Shown: piece after piece, positions 40,082-58,094 of the stretch | Layout of the letters: the number at the start of each line of letters is the position of its first letter | Numbering within the stretch: the stretch's first letter is position 1 | Assembly (NCBI RefSeq): GCF_009914755.1 | Contig: NC_060937.1 | DNA from: the human T2T-CHM13v2.0 reference genome, Homo sapiens | Strand: one strand, 5' to 3' | DNA length: 64,000 nt | The notes under the pieces: generated by a model | The model's database searches: none | The model's input: the letters and a program-made list of their open reading frames with translations, nothing else | What the model was told of the DNA's origin: nothing | Position numbers and translations under genes: made by a program

Positions 40082-40548
40082 TACTCATTATGATTCCTTC
40101 TCTCCAAGACTCCAACAAACCTTATAATTCTTCTCAAGATCAACACATTGAGAAATCTGTAATTTCTATTTTGTTTTGTTTGGCTTTGTTTCATTGTTTT
40201 CTTTGGTGACATGTCTCTGGGGCATATATCTGGACGGTGAAATATATTATATCTGGAGGATATGTTGAATATGTTACGTCCTCCAGATATACATGGAATG
40301 GAGGATTGACAATTAAGGCTGAAACAAGTGTCCCAGAGACACCATCCTGGAATGTCCATCCTCCTGTTCCAACCTTGACTAGTGGATCTTGAGGCCAACT
40401 ACATCACTGTTTTCTTAGAATTTCCCTTCATCTTCCTCCTGGGGATTCCCTTTGCCTCCTACCTGTATTGGATTCTCTGTGTCCTTGATTTTATAACTCC
40501 CTCTTTCAAAGTTAATTCTATCCGGAAGGAACTCATCTTCCAGTAGCT

Positions 40549-40876
40549 CAGTGGTCAGCAAACTATGGGCCTGCAGGATAAATCTGGCTCTCCATCTATT
40601 TTTGTAAAACTCACAAGCTAAGAATGATATTTACATTTTTAAGTGGCTGGAGAAAGAGGAATATTTTATGACATGTGATCGTTACACGAAATTCAAATTT
40701 AAGTGTTCACAAATAACACTCATTTGGAATATAGGTATACCCATTCCTTTATATTGTTTGTAGCTGCTTTTACACTACAAGGGCAGAACTGAGTGGCTGC
40801 AACAAGAATTGTATTGTCCACAAAGTCTGTAATATTTATTAACTGTGCTTTTACAGAAAAAGTTTGTCGACAGCTG
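40549..40876 (+). mobile_element. MER58B (hAT-Charlie) DNA transposon
   Basis: CAGTGGTCAGCAAACTATGG...CAAGCTAAGAATG...GAAATTCAAATTT...TTTACAGAAAAAGTTTGTCGACAGCTG. Confidence 0.85.
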
Positions 40877-41849
40877 AAACAACCCACAAAGTGTGGAGCA
40901 TGACATGGAATTGTTCTGAAATTTTTGCATCTAAAAATGTCTTTATTCTACCCTCATGTCTAATTTTTAGTTTAGCTAATTATGAATTTCTAATTTGTAA
41001 ATCACATTTCCACAAATATTCAAGGTCTTCAGTGTTCAGGGCTGTTATTGAGAGGTCTAATAACATTTTAGCTCTCTCTCCTGGTATTTTTCCTCTTTAT
41101 AAGTTATGTTGTTATGTTTTCTCAAGTGCTTTAGAATCTTCTTAATTTATTTTACTGAGATCTCAGTAATAGTGTGTTCATTTTTTATTATTTTTAATCT
41201 GGTAATACATGTTCTTCAATTCTGGGAAGCTTCTTTGAAGCATTCCTTTGATAATTTTCTCCCTTCCATTTTCTCAGTTTGCCCTTGTTGCAACTCTTTT
41301 TATTTAGAAATTGGGCCTTCCGGGCTGATCTTTTCTCTTTTATCTCCTATTTTATATTTTATATTTTATCTCCTGATATTAATTCCTTTATATTTTAGTT
41401 GTCTCTGGGATGTTGTTTCAACCTTAGTTGTCAATCCTCCATTTCATATAAATATACCTCTTACAGATATAACATATTTAATTCTCCAGATATATACAAA
41501 GACACATACACATGAACAAACACAAAATAAATAGAAGCATATATAAATATATGATATACATATAAGGTATATGCATATATACATATATTGTATATATTAC
41601 ATATATTCATATTCAATATTATTGATTTAATGAATACTTATTTTATTGCTTTTTCTTTCCTTTTTGTGGCTTTATTCTCTTACCACTCCAAGGATACAAA
41701 TTATCCATGTTTTGAATTTTTGTATACTTCTTGTATTTTATATATTTTTTGCTTTTTTTCCTCGAGTTGTGACCCCAGTTTATAACATGGATTTTTAAAA
41801 ACATACTATTTTATTTAGTGATGTGATGCTTATAGTTTTACCTAGTATT

Positions 41850-42680
<831 letters not shown>

Positions 42681-44150
42681 AAAGAAACTTTGAGATATAC
42701 GTTATAGTTGCAATCTTTGTTCAGCAATAATATAACACTTGCGCTTCTTAGAAATAAATAATAAATGTGATGGTTTTCCATCTTTATTTGCACTATGAAA
42801 CTTCTTGCTTGCAAATTACTTTTTTAATTAAATGTTTGAAACTTGTCTGCTTCTGAAATATTTTGGTAAGTTATTCTTTAATTTTTTTCCCAATTACTCT
42901 ATAATTGTTTGCCTAATTAAGTTATGTCTTTCCTTTTGAATTAACATCCACCCCCCAGGATACTGCCTGTCTTATTGAGATTTTAAAATTTATTTGTACA
43001 TATTAATACAAATAATTTTTATGTTATTACATCTAGGTCTCCCACAAGCATACCATAACTTCTCAGATTAGTAATTTAGCATGATTTTATGTCCCTGTAT
43101 TGCCTAAGATTCATTTTATTAGCCTTTTGTTCATTTTAAATTATTCTTATGTATCCCTAATTTTATGACAATTGTTTATTTTTGAATTACCCAATACTGA
43201 AGTAATTATATTGAGATTTTATTGTTTTTTAACCATACTTACATTTAAGAAAATAATTTAAAGCAGCTCACTACTGTCCCCACTTTATGTAAGCCCTTTA
43301 TAAACCAGTTACCCAATTTTTTAATTCTTAATGTTAATTTATATTACAGAGGACTACAATACATACTCAAATATCTTTTTAAGGAAGATAATCATGTAAT
43401 ATAGTTCTGAAACCTTATATGTTCCAGAATATCAATATGAAGTCTTAAATATCAATTAATTTTACATGAATGTAAAATTATGAAATCGTTTTTTTGACAT
43501 CAAAAGTAATTTTTTCTCTTATAGCATCTAGTGTTTCAGAGTCCTTCAGCCAATATAAAATGTAATCCATAATATACAGTTAAAGGATTACATACATGTA
43601 ATTATGTCTATATATTTACATGGAGATGACATATATTCATATAATATAAATATATAATATGTGATTATAAATGAATATATGTTATATATGTTATATATGA
43701 CATTACAATTAATATTACATATCATATATAATTAAAGTATAAAATATACTTAAAATATAATCAAATACACTTTATGAAATATATAATTATAAATATATAG
43801 CTTAATATTTTATATTATAATGTTACAATGTATAATATAATATATATTATCATAGATAATATTAACTATAACGTTATATGTAATATATATTAACTACAAT
43901 GTTATATATATTTTATGTAATATATTAACTATATAAGGTTATATATCTTTCAGTTTATATATAACATATAACCTTATATTAATTATATGTAACACAATAC
44001 ATATTCATTATAACATATATAACATTATATAATATATATCACATAGAACATTGTTATAGATTATACATTAATATTATAATATATAATGCTATATATTTAT
44101 AATTATATATATTTAATAAATATTATTTTATTTAGTAAAACTTTATATAA

Positions 44151-44484
<334 letters not shown>

Positions 44485-44791
44485 TAAATAAAATAATATG
44501 TTTAATTAAAATATATATTTGTATAAAAATATATCTATTTTAATATATGTATATTTATATATGAATGAACTACACATACAAATCTTATATTTTTATAAAT
44601 GTTTAAATATTCATTTATATAAATATAAATATATTTCATACTTTAGATATAATTACATATATTAATATATATGCATATAAATATAAATATATAAATTTAT
44701 GTAAATTTAAATATACAAATATAAAACATATGCATATTTTTATACAAATATGTATTTTTAAATATATATATTTGTCTAATATAAATATATC

Positions 44792-45297
44792 TGTATTAGG
44801 GTTCTCTAGAAGGGCAGAACTAATAGGATAGATGTATGTATGAAGGGGAATTTATTAAGGATCACAGGATCAGAAGTTGAAGTCCCACAAGAGGCCATCT
44901 TCAAGCTGAAGAGCAAAGAAGCCAGTTGAGTCCCAAGACTTCAAAAGTAGGGAAGCTAACAGTGCAGCCTTCAGTCTGTGGCTGAAGGCCAGAGAGCCCC
45001 TGGCAAATCACTGGTGTAAGTCCAAGAGTCCAAAAGCTGAAGAACTTGGAGTCTGATGTTTGAGAGCAGGAAGCATCCAGCATCAGAGGAAGATGATGGC
45101 CGGAAGACTCAGTAAGTCTACTTTATTCTAGTCTCCCTGTCAGTTGATTAGATGCTGCCCACCCACAATAAGGGTGGGTCTGCCTCTCCCACTCCACTGA
45201 CTCAAATGTTAATCTACTTTGGCTACACTCACAGACACACACAGGAACAATACTTCGCATCCTTCAATCCAGTTAACTCTTAATATTAACCATCACA
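44792..45297 (-). mobile_element. MLT2A2-like (HERVL) solo LTR
   Basis: TGTATTAGGGTTCTCTAGA...AAAAGTAGGGAAGCTAACAGTGCAGCCTTCAGTCTGTGG...CCACTGACTCAAATGTTAATCT...ATTAACCATCACA. Confidence 0.9.
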
Positions 45298-47974
45298 ATA
45301 TATATTTCTATTTACATATATGTATATTTGTAAATATACATATTATATTAACATGTCACATTTAATCCTTTACATATGTGACATGTATGTGTAATCCTTT
45401 ACATATATGTGTATGTTGATTGCTTATGCTTTATGCTTATAATAAAAAATGTTTACATCATTCACCTAGAGTGAGAATATGATTAATTATTCCTGATTCA
45501 CAGTAAAAACATTTATTAGGGTTTTTTTAATTCCCAAAAATGTTCTTGACTTAAATATTATGGGTATTGATTTTTGTCCTTTAAAAGTTTCTGGAACATG
45601 TAAATTGAATTTCTATTCTCTGTCTCCCATTATGATTAAGTTCTCTCAGAATTTTAATCTCTTTTTTCCTGTACTGTACTGTAAATCTTTTTCAAATTTG
45701 TATTTTATAATAATGATACCGTGACCCAATAAATGACTTCATTTTTTCTGCCTCCATTGGAAATTTTTATTTTTAATTTGTGTTTTTAAATTATTTATTA
45801 TCTATTTCTGAATAAACTCATATTCTGTGTCAATCCTTTATTTTGTGGTAACATTCCATTCCTGCTTTTAGGAACTAGGTCTTTTAAGAATTCTAAACTG
45901 TCGTGGTAAAATTTACAAATCTTTGTTATTCTTTTTTGAAAGGTATATTTTTCCTTTGAGTTTTTACTATGAGATTGTCTTTTCTTAATTTTGCAAACTT
46001 TTTACATGCCAGAGATTGATTTTTATTGCTAATAAATCTTAAACAAAGAGAGTTATATTCAGGTATACCTTTTGTTAACTGAAACAAGTTATGGAGACTG
46101 CTCTTGTAGTGTTATTGCCCATGGAATTTCTGATTGAATTCTCTTAAACATATCTATATCTGGAAAGCCTGTCTGCACATAGTTCTGTTGGCATAACCTG
46201 CAACATTTAGCAACGATTAATACAGATTAAGTTTCTTATGCTCTAATCTCAAGATGGTTCTGTGATAATTTGAAAAACTGCTAAAGAAAACAATGCATTT
46301 TATAGAAAATGCATTTCTCCTGTCAAAGCCTCCATTTCTATCAAAGCATCTCTTGTGAAATCTATACATCCTTGTAATATCTCGGGCCTGAGAAATTGTA
46401 ACCAAACTGTTTGCATCATTTTATGTCTGCAAGGAAACAGAATGCTCTACGGCTAATCTTTCCCTTGGTCTATGTCTCATGAGTGATTTCAAACATGTGC
46501 AATCATATAAGCCAAAATATAGCTCATGTTCTGTCAATGGGTTGTTGACCAGTCTAAGTTTCCAATGTTGTTCTATTCTTTCTATGTCTTGATAACTTCT
46601 TAGCATGAAAAGATTAAATCTGAAAGCTAAGGAACTATTTTCAACTGAAATTCTAGGTTTAAATCTAAATATCTCTATTATACTTGATGTATAATAAAAT
46701 TAATTATTTTTAATGTTATGCATTTGGCACCAATATTTATATTGTCCCAAAACAATAAAGTCTATTTCAGTGAAACTCTGCCTTTGTTTAATAGATCTTC
46801 ATCTATATTATAATTTAAAAGGTGATTTGTTTTTTCTTGGCACAACAATTTCACCAATTTTTGTCACACCAGGAATAGTAAACTGCATGTATCCGCATCA
46901 AAATAGAAAAATGTTGTTTGTGCTTTTTTTTTTTTTAACTATGACACATTACTGTTTAATTTTTTTAGTCCTCTACCCCAAATTTTAACAGTTAATTAGC
47001 ATATCATGTTACTTGTGAAGAAGAAAACACTCTTTAGAGTGGCAAGTGGCTGGGTCTCAAGTCAGCAGAAATGTGTACCATATCTGCTGAAGATCAAAGG
47101 TAACAGATTAAAAAAATGTAAGTGATAGCAGTTTAGGATTTTGTTTCTGTTTTTTTTTTAACTAATCAAAAAATGCACTTATAAAATATAATTTTTAAAA
47201 AGTGTTGTCTAAATTTAGTATTCAATCATTTAGCACACCGTCATTATTATTATAACTATTATATTAACTCTTCTGTATTCACATTGGTCAAATAATATAA
47301 TGCCAGCCAAGTAAAGTTTATGTTTTTAAATCATACAAGTATGTTTGAAACTATATTCACAATCTCTGACATTTTCAGTTTCCTATTAATATGCTTTAAC
47401 CAAAGTGCATTATAAAGAAATTATAAAAAAACTGACATCAAGGTCAAATTTAGTTATTTGGTAATATAAACTTATAGGCACAATGTGCAGCTCCCTTGTC
47501 TTAAAATATACCTATGCCTGCAAGGTTCCTGCCAGTAACTTTCTACAGTTGAGGAAACTGCCCTGATTTGCATTGACATTCAATAGCTTCCCCCAGGCAA
47601 ATACCTGCAATCATCTGTTGAAGCCTGTCTATAGGCACAGAACAGCCTTAGAACAGTAGCTCTGTAAAAGCAGTTATTCCCTTGACTGTTACAGGAAGGA
47701 CATTAGAGAACACAGAAGATTATTAACTTTTATTATAAAGTTCTTTTCATTCTAAAGACTTTTGCAAATTTATCATTGATTTTTAATATAAATTAGAAGA
47801 CAAGTTAGTCTATATTTGCTAAATTCTAGGTTGGAACTTACAATCATTGGTATATATGATTTGCTCAGTTCTAGTAAACCAAACTCCATTTATTAAGCCC
47901 ACAGCATGCACTGAGCACTTTGCTTAGTCCAATGGATCTATACAACACAAACTTTTATATGTAAAATTTAAGAA

Positions 47975-48217
47975 GAATGAATTCGGACTCAGAAAAAAAC
48001 TGCAATAGAATCCTGTCTCTGGCTTTTAGCTCTATTCTGTTTGTCCAAATTACAGAGCATCCTTATGTATTCGATTCTTTACCTATAAAGTTATGCTGTC
48101 CAACTTTTTGAGTGGTTGTCGTGATTCAATGTTATAATCTATTTTAAAGTCTCAGCACAGTTGCCCTGTCATCACTCTAGAGAAGGCACTGAATGAATGC
48201 AAGCCATTACTACTATT
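47975..48217 (+). mobile_element. MIR SINE (diverged)
   Basis: AATCCTGTCTCTG...GGTTGTCGTGATTCAATG...CTCAGCACAGTTGCC...GCCATTACTACTATT. Confidence 0.55.
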
Positions 48218-48543
48218 TACTATCAAAAATCTCTTTAGTATCAACTGTGAAGACAGTTACATAGCTCTTCGTTTTCTTCCTACCTGAGAGATTCTTAAAA
48301 TATTACTTAAAAAATAACCCAGAGAAGTATATCTTAAGACATCCTTAGAAAAGTTAAAATAAATTACAGGTTTGGTCTGATATTCAGCAAGTATTTAAGA
48401 ATATGTTCATGTATGATTCATTTGTATAGACAGTATCTTCAGTGTTACTGAAATATTCATGACAAACTATGTTTAAAAGCAGAATTAATTAAACAAGACC
48501 AGAAGCTACTCAAATTTAAGTCGCTGAGATTAAGTTTTCCTTT

Positions 48544-48980
48544 TAAAGCCAACCCTATAGTCCCATAGATAGTTTTTTGGAATAAACATAAAAATTGACC
48601 CTTGTGTTCTTAAAGCTTGAAACTTACATTTGTTTTATCTGAGTTTCTTCCTTAGGAAAGGCTCCTCCGGCCTCTCAAAACAAAAGAATCAAATAACTGA
48701 AACTCACGAGATCATCACATCCAGACAATGAGATGCTGGACCCCTCATTCATCACGATTGCTTCCTTGCCCCTCCCTGGCTCCTGTTTTCATTTCTTCTC
48801 TGCTATATAAACTCCTAGTTTTAGTCAGTCATGGAGGTGGATTTGAGCCTGAGCTCCCATCTCCTTGGCTGCAGCACCTGATTAAAACCTTCTTCCTTAG
48901 CAATACTTGTTATCTCAGTGACTGGCTTCCTGTGTGGTGAGCAGCAGGACCTAGACCAAACCCCTAGTGTTTCAGTAACA
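48544..48980 (+). mobile_element. LTR47A-like ERV solo LTR
   Basis: ATAGTCCCATAGATAG...AAGCTTGAAACTTACATTTG...TATATAAA (TATA-like)...ATTAAA...GACCTAGACC...TTTCAGTAACA. The LTR call is firm; the family name is from memory. Confidence 0.75.
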
Positions 48981-49071
48981 CTTTACTGGAGAAAAATACT
49001 ATTAAAAGGAAAAACAAAACTATAATTCTCATTAATGATATAAACCAGAAAAAAAAAGGGAACGATAACAT

Positions 49072-51631
<2,560 letters not shown>

Positions 51632-52439
51632 ACATAGGAATTACAATTATTAACAGTCATGAAATTGGCAGAATGTTGACACCAAAAACCAGTTTACATC
51701 ATCGATGAAGAACTAAGAGGCAAAAGTGTTACTCATTGGCTAAATAAGTTATTAGTCCTGGATGGCTACTAGAAAGAGACTCAAAAATATTGTATGTTAG
51801 AAATTAACTGAAATACTAGATTAGGACCAGTAAAACTTATAAAACAAAAAGGACACTACATGATGTTTATATGTTAATTTCTTTAAATTTAGTTTTAAGT
51901 GTTATTTCTTCCCAAATTTAAAACCTACACACATATAGATTTTTTAGTTAGAATTATATTAAATAACAATTATTTATTGGAAATGTACAGAATAATTACT
52001 TTAACATGCATAAAAATTACTTTTTAAATACCCCTTGTGTATAATGAAAGTAATGAGCCTAATCTACTGCAACATTAGAAAATTCCTACCTGTCAAAAGA
52101 TTTCTATTAAGAAAGAAGAGTTTCACAATAATTTAACCAGCTTTGAGGAGACATAATTTACAAAACCATGTTTATTAGTTGCATGAGTAAAATTTAATAT
52201 TTTTATAATATAATAGGAAACAACTATGTGAGATTTTGGAAAATAAATAATGAATAATTAATATTTATTTTATTCTCAGAACTGAGTGGAAATAAGACAT
52301 ATAGGAGACCAACAAAAGGGATCAAGATGTCAGATTTGATAAGCAATTGATAAAGAGATTTAGAAGTGTGGCTTTAGACCTGTGGCTCAAATAGTGGTTT
52401 GAAAGCAGAATCAAGGATTAATCAAAGTGACTTCATCAT

Positions 52440-53080
52440 CTCCGTATCAGAGACCGTTTATAATACTGTCCAAAGGTATTTAAGAATTGCTGTGAATCAA
52501 TGATGATGGAGTGTTTCCTGTTCTCCTTCTGAATGGAAGTGTTCACAGAAATTATTCTATTCTTATTTCAGTGCTGAATGCTTGTTATATGGAGGCAGAT
52601 AATTTGATGGAGCTACATCTAACTTGACGTAGAGACCACAGTGTGTCACCAGAGATTCTGGCCTCCTGAGCTGGATGCAGAAACTGAGAGAACTTGGAGT
52701 TGACTCCCATGGGGAGTGGGTAAGTATTTTCTGTCATGGTAATAATGTAATCAAGATATTTTTGATACCAGAATTGTGCCTAGCTTTGGACAGTGGACCA
52801 TGGGTGGAGGAGGCGAGTGTCGCTTCTGGGCAGGAACAATAAAAATATCCTGCACAATGTTTCTTACTGTCTCTTCCTCTCCTGAGACAATCCTGGAACT
52901 CTCATGTTCAGATTGTGAAGGCATAAGACAGATAGAGATAAGATTCTTGAATTCCCACATATAAGGAGCTGTCCTAGAGAGGTTACTAACTTGCTGTGGG
53001 GTTTTCTTGAATGGAGGATGAACCTCTATTATGTTACACCCTAAAATTTGGGGAATTATTTTTTGGTTTTGTAGCTATAA
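52440..53080 (+). mobile_element. Old MLT1 internal 3' end plus partial MLT1I/J-like LTR
   Basis: TTCTGAATGGAAGTGTT...GGAGGCAGATAATTTG...TGAGCTGGATGCAG (MLT-int), then GTGTCGCTTCTGGGCAG...AACCTCTATTATGTTA. Confidence 0.55.
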
Positions 53081-53476
53081 TATTTATTTATTGAATATAT
53101 CTATATATCTCCTATATAATGCCATAATGCAATTAAAATTAAACGTACACATACAAAAATCTATAGCTCAATGGAAAACACCTGAAATTGGGTGATTTAC
53201 TTTTCTTTGTAAAGTGAGAAATTAGGAAAGTTATTCTTATATGTAAATCTTGCTACATGAGAAAAAGATGTAAGGGAAAGATCTATAAACATACCTGGGA
53301 AGAATGATATATAAAATGATATATTAGCTTTACATATATATGCATGTGTATTTACATATATATGCAATATATATGTGTATATATTTTAGATGTTATTTAA
53401 AAATATTTGTGTAAAATGTTTTTTTGCCCAAATGATTCATTAATTTTAAGCACAAAATATATTATGTTTCTATAAT

Positions 53477-53608
53477 TAGTTGCCCATGTAATTTATCATC
53501 CAAACAATGACATTTTTGAATGTGAAATAGGACACAATTAATAATTATGTCAGAACAACGAACGTAAACTAGGACTCTTCTGGGCAAACTAGGACATATG
53601 GTCACCCC
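53477..53608 (+). mobile_element. MER94 (hAT-Blackjack) MITE
   Basis: CCATGTAATTTATCATCCAAAC...ATTAATAATTA...CGTAAACTAGGAC...GGGCAAACTAGGACATATGGTCACCC. Confidence 0.85.
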
Positions 53609-54581
53609 ACCTAGAAGTTTTAATTTCAAAGCTCTGGAAATTCTTGCCATTTCCCTCTCACTTTCTCCTCATGAAATACAAAACAAACGAAACATGTTCC
53701 TTCCTCACCTTAAAATACATTTGATGAAAATATGGACGTCCATTTCACTATTGGAGCTTAGGACTCATTGCTAAACCAGATAGCTCATCAATTTGTTTAA
53801 ACATCCTAAGAGCAAGCAGGTCATAGTGGGAAGACTGCCACTAGTAACTAGAAATGGAGGTGGATGAGCAAGAGTGTGTGAGGATTTCCACAAAGTAAAA
53901 CAAGACTAATAAATAGTAACTGAACGCACCCAAGATGAATCTTCACTTACTTTACATGCAAAGAGCTGGTCATGTCTGAATACATAGTTCCTAAAGCTAA
54001 ATTATCATTAACCTTGAGAGAGATTTCATGGTGCATGCTTTATTGTTCTCATTTTATTTCTAATTTCAAACTGAGATCTTCTGCCAAGCAACTTTCCTTT
54101 CTCCTTCAATAATTACCTGAAATCCAAACTTCTATATGAAGTTGTCCATGATTAAGTCATTTAAAGAAATTAAACAGTCTTGAGCAATAATCAGTCAGAG
54201 CAGTTATCCATTTTAGATGAGTCATCTGAATAATAATCATTAAAAAAATCCTCTTCAATAGCAGTTTTAGCCTGATTTTTTTCTATAATTGCCTTCATCC
54301 CTCAGCACAATTACTAAATGTCCACACACTTCTTTTACAGTTTTACTACCCAAATCATTTGCTCTTGCTCATCAGCTTTGCAAATTAATATTTTGTTAAA
54401 TGCACCAGGGTAGCTTATTTGAAAAGAATGCTAAAGTAATTTTTTTATAAATGACTAATAAATATACCTGAAATGACATTTAGTAAGTTTAAGGTTTCTT
54501 ATAGTAGGGTAAGCTTGTGTTTCTTGGTAAATTGCACACTTTCCAGGATATTGAAATTTATTAAGACCAATAGCAGCAGCA

Positions 54582-54700
54582 TTAATAATGATGATAATAA
54601 CTACCCATTGATTTTGCCCCAAATATGGGGTAGATGCTAGGTATTTTATCAACTCTTAAAATAAGACTGTAAGCTATTTTTATCCCTATTTTAAACTTCA
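54582..54700 (-). mobile_element. MIR fragment
   Basis: ATAATAACTACCCATTG...TGTAAGCTATTTTTATCCCTATTTTA. Confidence 0.5.
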
Positions 54701-56269
54701 GACCTTATGAACAAATCCAGCATCTCATGGATGATTATGCTTTTACATATTTGCTTTCAAATTTTCTAACTTATTGAAACAATAAACTCTATGAAGGCAG
54801 AGAAGATGTCTATGTCTATTCTACTTGCTTTGCCCTGTCCCTATCACATTCAAGGACAATGAAGGTATCACACTTCAGAAAACTATGAAAAAATAAAAAT
54901 ATATATAAAGGAACAGAGCTAACTCCAAAAATAGTTGTGTTTGTGTTAATTTGGTAATAATTATTGTGTGCTTCAGTTCTTTATACAATTTCTTGCTCAT
55001 ATTTCCTCATCTACAAAAGCATGGAATTATTACTCAAATTTTCCTTTCATTCCTATATGAAAAAATTACATATAAAATATAGCATAAATTTAGAAATGAA
55101 GTTGACAGTTTTATGGCAGAAGCAAAAACTGATTGCCAGCCATTAATTAACACTCTAATTTCCTGTTAATAGATTTCCAATTTTGTTCTATAACATTTAA
55201 CCCATTGCAGAGGATGTCTTCACTGAATATAAGCCAGTCTTGGCAAATGGGTTTCCTTTGCCAGATCTCTCCTTTCCCAGTCTCTCGTGTCACTGGGGGA
55301 GGTTCTGGGATATGTCTCTGGTCAGTTATGTGTTTTGTTATGTGAAAAATATTCTTGATACAATAGTAGCCTCCACATATACGAGAAGGCATGCTATACA
55401 AAAGGCTGTGGAACAGAAAGGCTCACAAACCAAATTAAAGTGCCCCAAATCACAGAGATTATAAAAATCAGAGTAAAACACAGTGAGAAGAAAGGGGAAA
55501 TAGGTGGGATAAGCTAACACAGAATAGGATGTAAGCAAGATAGAAGGACCATGTTACCTGAATCTTGAGTGCATGGGGTGTTCACACATCTTGTCTTTTT
55601 CCCTGCCACATCAATTTTTCCTGTTGATTATGTAGTTATGATGACCAGAGCTGAGATTTCTAGCAACTGTGCCATTAGACAAAAGGTGTTCTGTGCCAGG
55701 AACATTTGATCCACTGGAGAGACACAGGGACACAGACCAAAGTATAAGCTTGGCAAACATCTTGATGAACAGCTATGGGATGTATTTGTGTTTCTTTGGC
55801 AGAGAAAACATGGGACCAGAATGTGTGTTATCTATGTGTGGCCAAATAAGACCCCGTGAATATTAAGTGCCCAAATATTTTGAGACTCATATATTGAATC
55901 ACGTGTATATTTGGTATATCATAAATATTTAGTACACAGGTGCTTCATAAAGATTAAATATCTCTTGGTCCTTTCATCCATGTATATCTGTGTTTGACAC
56001 ACACCTATCCTACTTATTAACTACTTCTCTTATAAGTAACACATCCTATGAATTCTGCCGAAGTCTAACAAACTCTTTGCTTACTGGTTACTTATCTATA
56101 ATGAAACGACTTTAAATAGTTTTGCCTATGTCTTAAAACTACAAACTTAATTCATCGAAGAGAATTGGATATGCTCAAAAGGAAATGTGCATTTCAAATA
56201 TAAAGAAAAAATGTTTGAAGGCATATGGAGAATTTTTTTTTAACTCATAGAAACCAGACCTCCTGTTTT

Positions 56270-56555
56270 CTGCCTGCTCACTTCCTTCCAGCTTGGAATG
56301 TTGGTATAAAAACATGGCTGTGGAGCTTTAAGAGCCATCCTGCTTCTATGATGATAAAAAGTAAATAGGAACAAGTTGCTGCAAGTTGTAAAAAAAAAAA
56401 AAAAAAAGTATGTGTCCTTGACAACATTTTTGAGGCACTGACTAAAAGGTAGAATTGTTTACTTTAGATATTTTGTGACATAAGCAAAACTGCCCTAATT
56501 ATCCATATCACTATTAGATTTTCTTTTGTTTTCACTCAAATATACTTAAATGATT
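56270..56555 (+). mobile_element. Old MLT1K/L-like LTR fragment with an A18 tract
   Basis: CTTCCTTCCAGCTTGGAATG...GGAGCT...AGCCATCCTG...GTCCTTGACAACATT; poly-A at ~56390-56407. Confidence 0.55.
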
Positions 56556-56782
56556 TTAAGACCTATTACCAACTCTCAAAGTTCTATATCAGGGGAAGAT
56601 ATAACTCACAGAGTGTTTTGAGCTAAAAAATGAAAGGTGTGAGAAAGACGCAAAGGTATTCTTTAAGACATGTCTTATCAATTCATTACCATACATAAGT
56701 GTTCAGAAAGTTCTAGCTTATTCTGTCCAAAAAAAGTATCAAACACCCTCAGAGGAAAATAAAAAACTGTCTGTTCTTTTGT

Positions 56783-57200
56783 TTAATATATAGGTGTGTG
56801 TGTTTGTGTACATGTATGCTCATGGCAATCTAAAACTATTCCTATTATGATTTTTGTCATATAGTATGCATAATATGATATGCATATATTATTTTTAATC
56901 ATATTATATTTTACTATATCATAATGTTTATGTCCAACAAACAGATGATGTAAACTTTGTGCTCTATTACTTGGAGATATATATATATATATATTTATAC
57001 ACACACATATACATGCAGTAACAATATCCAAATTACTTATTTTACTTCATGTATGTCAATATCTATATTGATACCTATAATTATATAAATTATATATATT
57101 ATGTGCATGTATATTTAAAGAACATTATAGATATGTGTATACTTGTATGTGTATTGATACACACTTATTCTTGGATATAAAAATACATATATGTTCATTT
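56783..57200. repeat. TA/CA-rich low-complexity region
   Basis: Degenerate (TA)n and (CA)n runs, e.g. GATATATATATATATATAT at ~56976-56994. Confidence 0.7.
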
Positions 57201-58094
57201 ATATCCTATGGCAAGCTAGCACTGTAAGAATTTATTAATTTATTTTTATACATGATTGTGTAATAATAAAATAAATGAACAGCTTACCTTAAGGAAATAT
57301 GTCTTTTTTTCCATTCTCCTACAACCCAACAGAGTAGTTGATTTAGCAGATACTCAAGGTAAGGGCATTAATAATTGTTATTTTTGGATCATCAAATAAA
57401 TTTTAAAGTTAATGTAAGCATAATTACTAAAAAAGGTAACAAATAATTTGGATTAAAAGCACCCATAAAATTAAATTCAGAAACAATTATGAAAAAGCAA
57501 TGTCAATTACCTGTAAATTGTATTAAGTATTTAGTATTTGTTATTTGTTACAAATAATGCTGTGCAAAACCTAAAAGGAACTATTGAAACAGTCACAGAG
57601 GTTCCATAAATAACTGGCTATAACAGAATAATGTCATCTTTGGTAAAAGTCAAAGTAGCCTTCCTAATTTTCAAATGTTCTTTCTAAAAACTAAACCAAT
57701 ATGGTAGTATAGAATTATAGATATAGCCACATTTAATCTAGAACAGTTTAGTGGTAACATACATAGTTTGTTGGGATTTTAAAACTTTGTGTTACAAGCG
57801 TATGCATTAATAAATTGAAGTGGAAATTATACAAAGGATAGTAAATTATAGGAGAAAATGTGCTCTAAGGAATATATTAGTCAATAGTTGAATCACAGAT
57901 TAGGAATATGAAGTTTTGTGATCCAACCATGGCATCAATTAAACATGGATCTGTGTGTAGAGTTTCTTGTGTTTGGTTTCCTAGCAACACTCCTTTCTCT
58001 TTTTTATGTAACTGATGTTGCTTTTTAAGAGACACTTATCAGTCCATGGCAGGGCACCTGACCAGTGTAAGACTTGTAGCAATTCATCCCACAC

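Larger units (their letters stand above)
39440..41800 (-). mobile_element. HAL1 (half-L1), interrupted by a MER47-type MITE, MER58B and other inserts
   Basis: TTACATTACTATAACTAAG, CCATCCTCCTGTTCCAA, CCTGGGGATTCCCTTTGCCTC and AAAATGTCTTTATTCTACCCTCA match recalled HAL1. Confidence 0.7.

Noticed and set aside
53329-53366. TTTACATATATATGCA direct duplication
   Set aside because: Ordinary slippage in TA-rich sequence.
56390-56407. A18 tract as a retrocopy tail
   Set aside because: No TSD or upstream transcript-like sequence; it sits inside an MLT1 LTR.
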